In this document: positions 60,640-64,000 of the stretch, in pieces
How the letters are laid out: every line of letters begins with the position of its first letter
Numbering within the stretch: position 1 is the first letter of the stretch
DNA from: Spirochaetia bacterium
GTDB lineage: Bacteria > Spirochaetota > Spirochaetia > UBA9216
Reading direction: 5' to 3'
NCBI GenBank assembly: GCA_963675665.1
Contig: OY776510.1
Coordinates: 4,960,001 to 5,024,000, forward strand
DNA: 64,000 nt
Program-made: the position numbers and the translations under genes
The notes under the pieces: model-generated
Seen by the model: the letters and a program-made list of their open reading frames with translations, nothing else
Told to the model about the DNA's origin: nothing
The model's database searches: none

Positions 60640-61419
60640 TTATTTGAGCTTCCAGTTCGGGCTGCGTTTTTCGAAAAAGGCGCTTACTCCTTCCTTCGCA
60701 TCTTCCGTCGTACATAAACGGGCAAATGCTTCATTCATATAAGCAAACTGCCTCTCATAATCCATATCCTCTGAATTGTAAAATCCTGTTTTAGCAATCT
60801 GCAGGGCTATCGGGCTTTTTTCAGCAAATGACGCAGCCCAGGCAAATGCTTCGTTTTCAAGTTCAGCTTCCGGGACAACCCTGTTGACCAGACCCATTTC
60901 CATAGCTTCTGCGGCATTGATAATACGGCCTGAGAACAGCAGTTCCAGCGCCCGCTTTCGTCCTGTGCAGCGCGCAACCGGAATAACCGGGCCGACACAG
61001 TTCAGGCCCACATTGATTGCAGTCAGGCCCATCCGCGCTGTATCCGCCGATATGACCAGATCCGATGAAGCAACAAGACCCATCCCGTTCGCAACCGCAA
61101 CGCCGTGGTGGACAGCAATGACCACCTTTTTCATCCTGGAGATTGTTGACAGCGGCCGCTCCATTCTTTCAATCCATTCCCGGTATTCGAGCGCTGTTTT
61201 TCCTTCCAGTTCCCCGACGTCAATTCCCGCGCAAAACGCTTTTCCTGCAGCTTTCAGCAGTATCACCCTAACATTTTCATCTTTATCCGCAGCAACTAAC
61301 GCATCATAAAGGTCTTCAGCAAGCCGGGTATTGAATGTATTCATTGCCTCAGGCCTGTTCAAAGTTATTGCGGCAATATGGTTTTCAGTTGTTTCCAATG
61401 TTACGGTTTTATAGTTCAT
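60640..61419 (-). CDS. Enoyl-CoA hydratase/isomerase family protein
   Basis: LNRPE.MN, AFCAGID, GLVNRVVP, EGVSAFFEKR.P. Confidence 0.92.
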   Translation of the reverse strand: MNYKTVTLETTENHIAAITLNRPEAMNTFNTRLAEDLYDALVAADKDENVRVILLKAAGKAFCAGIDVGELEGKTALEYREWIERMERPLSTISRMKKVVIAVHHGVAVANGMGLVASSDLVISADTARMGLTAINVGLNCVGPVIPVARCTGRKRALELLFSGRIINAAEAMEMGLVNRVVPEAELENEAFAWAASFAEKSPIALQIAKTGFYNSEDMDYERQFAYMNEAFARLCTTEDAKEGVSAFFEKRSPNWKLK

Positions 61420-61539
61420 TAATGTTTCTCCAGTTTGACAGATATAAATATATGGTATAATATTACCATGCAGTTGGGAAATTTAAAACATTTATTTCTC
61501 ATTGCGTTACTTTAGCCAAATAATTAACAGGAAATTGAC

Positions 61540-63021
61540 ATGAAACAGGACAATATTAAATGCGTGGGCTTCGACTGCGGAAACTCATCTATCAGAACAG
61601 TTATCGGTTTTTATGACGGAGAATCAGTCAGTTCCGAGGTTATTATGCAGGTCCCCAACCGGGCCATAACGGTTAACGGCGTTGACTTCTGGGATATTCT
61701 GAATATATTTGATTCAATGCAGCGAGGACTTAAAACCGCCGAAACAAAATACGGGAAAATTGATTCTGCGGGAATCACAACCTGGGGTATCGATTTCGGC
61801 ATGCTGGGAAAATCCGGACAGCTGATAGGCAACCCTCTCTGCTACAGGAATAAATTCGGGGTAAAAGGCCTTGAATCGGTTGACGAACAGACCAAAAAAA
61901 AGCTCTTTGATCTCAGCGGCATACAGAACCACCCGATGAATTCAATGTACCAGCTGATCGGAATCAGGGAAATGCTGCCCGAATACTACAGTACTGCTGA
62001 AGATATTCTTTTCATTCCCGATCTGCTTAATTTCATGTTCACCGGCGAAAAGGGAACCGAGAACACAATTGCCAGTACTTCACAGCTGCTTGACATGAGA
62101 ACGCGTGATTACTGCGGAGAGATTTTCCAGATAACCGGCCTTGAACGCAGCATGTTTCATCCAGTCATTCCGCATGGAAAGGAACGGGGCAGAATGCTTA
62201 ACTCTATTGCAAATTATCTCGAGATTGATTCCCCGATGCCGTTTATTTCGGTTCCTTCGCATGATACTGCTTCGGCTGTGGTTTCCGTGCCGGCTACTGA
62301 AGAGAATTTTATCTTTATCAGCTCGGGAACATGGTCGCTGATAGGCACGGAACTTGACGAACCTGTCATCAACGACAGAGTGTACGACCTGAGCTTTGCG
62401 AATGAGGGCGGCGCCGCAAATACGATTACACTGCTGAAAAACTCCGCCGGCATGCATATTCTGCAGAACGTTAAAAATGAACTTGAACAGCTTAAAGCCA
62501 GGCCTTATGAATGGCCGGAACTTATAAGCATGGCACAGGGCGCCGGATTCAAAGCAGCGCTTTATGATCCCAATCACCAGTCTCTGTACAATCCGGAGAA
62601 AATGACTGACGCCATTACCGCTCTTACCGGCGAAACTGAAATCGAAAGAATCCTTGCATCGTCTTTTCTCTCGCTTGCCTGCAGTTACCGTGAAGCAATT
62701 ACCGATCTTGAAGAGATCTGTAAACAGGATTTTAATGCGGTCCACATTATCGGAGGAGGAGCCAGAAACGCGTATCTTAACCAGCTTTCCGCGGATATAG
62801 CCGGGAAAACGGTAATCGCAGGTCCGGAAGAGGCTACCTCGCAGGGTGTAATAGCAGCTCAGTTGCTGTATCATGTTCCTGGCGCTGATCTAAAATCCAT
62901 AAGGGCAACAGCCGCCAAAGGTATTGATACCGCGACCTTCACACCCTCGGCGAATTTCCCGCGAGAAGAAACCTACAAAAAATATATCGAAGGGAAAGAC
63001 CGAAGCCAGTCGTTCAGCTGA
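61540..63021 (+). CDS. rhaB: Rhamnulokinase-like FGGY sugar kinase
   Basis: DCGNSSIR, TWGIDF, HDTASA, SSGTWSL, GGG, GP.EAT. Confidence 0.8.
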   Translation: MKQDNIKCVGFDCGNSSIRTVIGFYDGESVSSEVIMQVPNRAITVNGVDFWDILNIFDSMQRGLKTAETKYGKIDSAGITTWGIDFGMLGKSGQLIGNPLCYRNKFGVKGLESVDEQTKKKLFDLSGIQNHPMNSMYQLIGIREMLPEYYSTAEDILFIPDLLNFMFTGEKGTENTIASTSQLLDMRTRDYCGEIFQITGLERSMFHPVIPHGKERGRMLNSIANYLEIDSPMPFISVPSHDTASAVVSVPATEENFIFISSGTWSLIGTELDEPVINDRVYDLSFANEGGAANTITLLKNSAGMHILQNVKNELEQLKARPYEWPELISMAQGAGFKAALYDPNHQSLYNPEKMTDAITALTGETEIERILASSFLSLACSYREAITDLEEICKQDFNAVHIIGGGARNAYLNQLSADIAGKTVIAGPEEATSQGVIAAQLLYHVPGADLKSIRATAAKGIDTATFTPSANFPREETYKKYIEGKDRSQSFS

Positions 63022-63084
63022 GATCCTTTACCGTTACACGCTGTGCTTATTGATCACCCGGACTTTCCGGTGTAAGCTTTAGCC

Positions 63085-63648
63085 ATGAAAGCACTGCTTG
63101 TGGTTGATATACAGAATGACTTCTGTCCCGGAGGAACACTTGCCGTAAACGGCGGAGATGATATTGTCGAACCTGTAAACAGGCTTATTGAATCCTTCGC
63201 AGATTCCGGACTGCCCATAGTATACACTCGTGACTGGCACCCGCCCTGCCACAGCTCGTTTAAGGAATTCGGCGGAATCTGGCCGGCACATTGCGTTGCC
63301 GGGACCCCTGGGGCCGACTTTCATCCGAATCTGCTGATAGCAAAGAATGCCGTCGTTATATCGAAAGCCTGCAAGGTCGAAGCAGATGCTTATTCAGGCT
63401 TTGAAGGAACAAATCTTGATTCGGAACTGAAAGCGCGAGGCGTTGACAAGGTGATTGTTACCGGACTTGCAACCGATTACTGTGTTAAAAACACCGTCCT
63501 GGACGCCCTGGAGCTGGGCTACGGCGTCTTTGTCGCCGACGAATGTATCAAGGCGGTGAATGTTCATCCCGGAGACGGATCTTCAGCTGTCGCAGAGATG
63601 AAACAGGCCGGCGCCGTTGTAGGCCCGCTGATAGACCTGCCTGATTGA
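63085..63648 (+). CDS. pncA: Nicotinamidase/pyrazinamidase
   Basis: VDIQNDFCPGG, DWHP..H, WPAHCV, YSGF, GLATDYCV. Confidence 0.95.
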   Translation: MKALLVVDIQNDFCPGGTLAVNGGDDIVEPVNRLIESFADSGLPIVYTRDWHPPCHSSFKEFGGIWPAHCVAGTPGADFHPNLLIAKNAVVISKACKVEADAYSGFEGTNLDSELKARGVDKVIVTGLATDYCVKNTVLDALELGYGVFVADECIKAVNVHPGDGSSAVAEMKQAGAVVGPLIDLPD

Positions 63649-64000
63649 TGCTCGGCCAGTTATTCGCGCTGCTCACCGCTGTCTGCTGGGCCCAGAATTC
63701 AGTTTCATACAGTATCGCCGGCAAAAGGGTAACCTCGCGGACGGTCACCCATATTCGATTATGGATTGCCCTGCCTGCCGTTTTCGCGGTTCATTATTTT
63801 TTTCTGGGAACAATTCTGCCGCCGGTAACGTTCAATTACCAGTTCCTGATGCTTGCCGCATCCGGCTTTATCGGTTTTTTTATCGCGGACGTGTTCATTT
63901 TCCACGGTTTCGTGTTGATCGGCCCCGGACGCACCCTGCTGGTCCTTACCCTGTCTCCAATCATCAGCGCTATTATTTCATTTCTGACTCTCGGAGAAAG
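63648..64000 (+). CDS. DMT/EamA family transporter (runs off the window end)
   Basis: ATG63648 overlaps the pncA stop; my translation MLGQLFALLTAVCWAQNS...LSPIISAIISFLTLGE is hydrophobic and EamA-like; absent from the ORF track because it is truncated. Confidence 0.8.
   Translation, partial: MLGQLFALLTAVCWAQNSVSYSIAGKRVTSRTVTHIRLWIALPAVFAVHYFFLGTILPPVTFNYQFLMLAASGFIGFFIADVFIFHGFVLIGPGRTLLVLTLSPIISAIISFLTLGE

Overview
Chromosomal window from a bacterium that looks like a free-living spirochaete. This rests on the prfA-prmC-rel-trmJ gene order, the 'FAGGKQE'-type signal of the sugar-binding protein and the many lipoproteins, so the taxonomy is inferred. Housekeeping genes (prfA, prmC, rel, trmJ, ychF, ettA, slyD, lon, pncA, tRNA-Arg-CCG) are mixed with signalling genes (XRE/B12-binding regulator, chemoreceptor, two HisKA_2-type kinases, an ErcA-like Fe-ADH, two GGDEF proteins), a sugar ABC transporter with ketose 3-epimerase, and a surface-lipoprotein cluster. 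The best-supported unusual structure is an IS110-family (IS1111-group) element at 21509-23002. It sits at a TCT core inside the terminal repeat of a ~150-bp MITE-like repeat, and an empty copy of that repeat lies at 33755-33903. The IS 3' non-coding end folds into a putative bridge/seek RNA whose two loops match the MITE target and the IS circle junction. Other points of interest are AT-rich mosaic hairpin elements with compensatory changes, a recurring leaderless-transcript signature, and a CarH-type B12 photosensor domain fused to an XRE HTH next to a chemoreceptor. All calls come from reading the sequence; no database searches were run.
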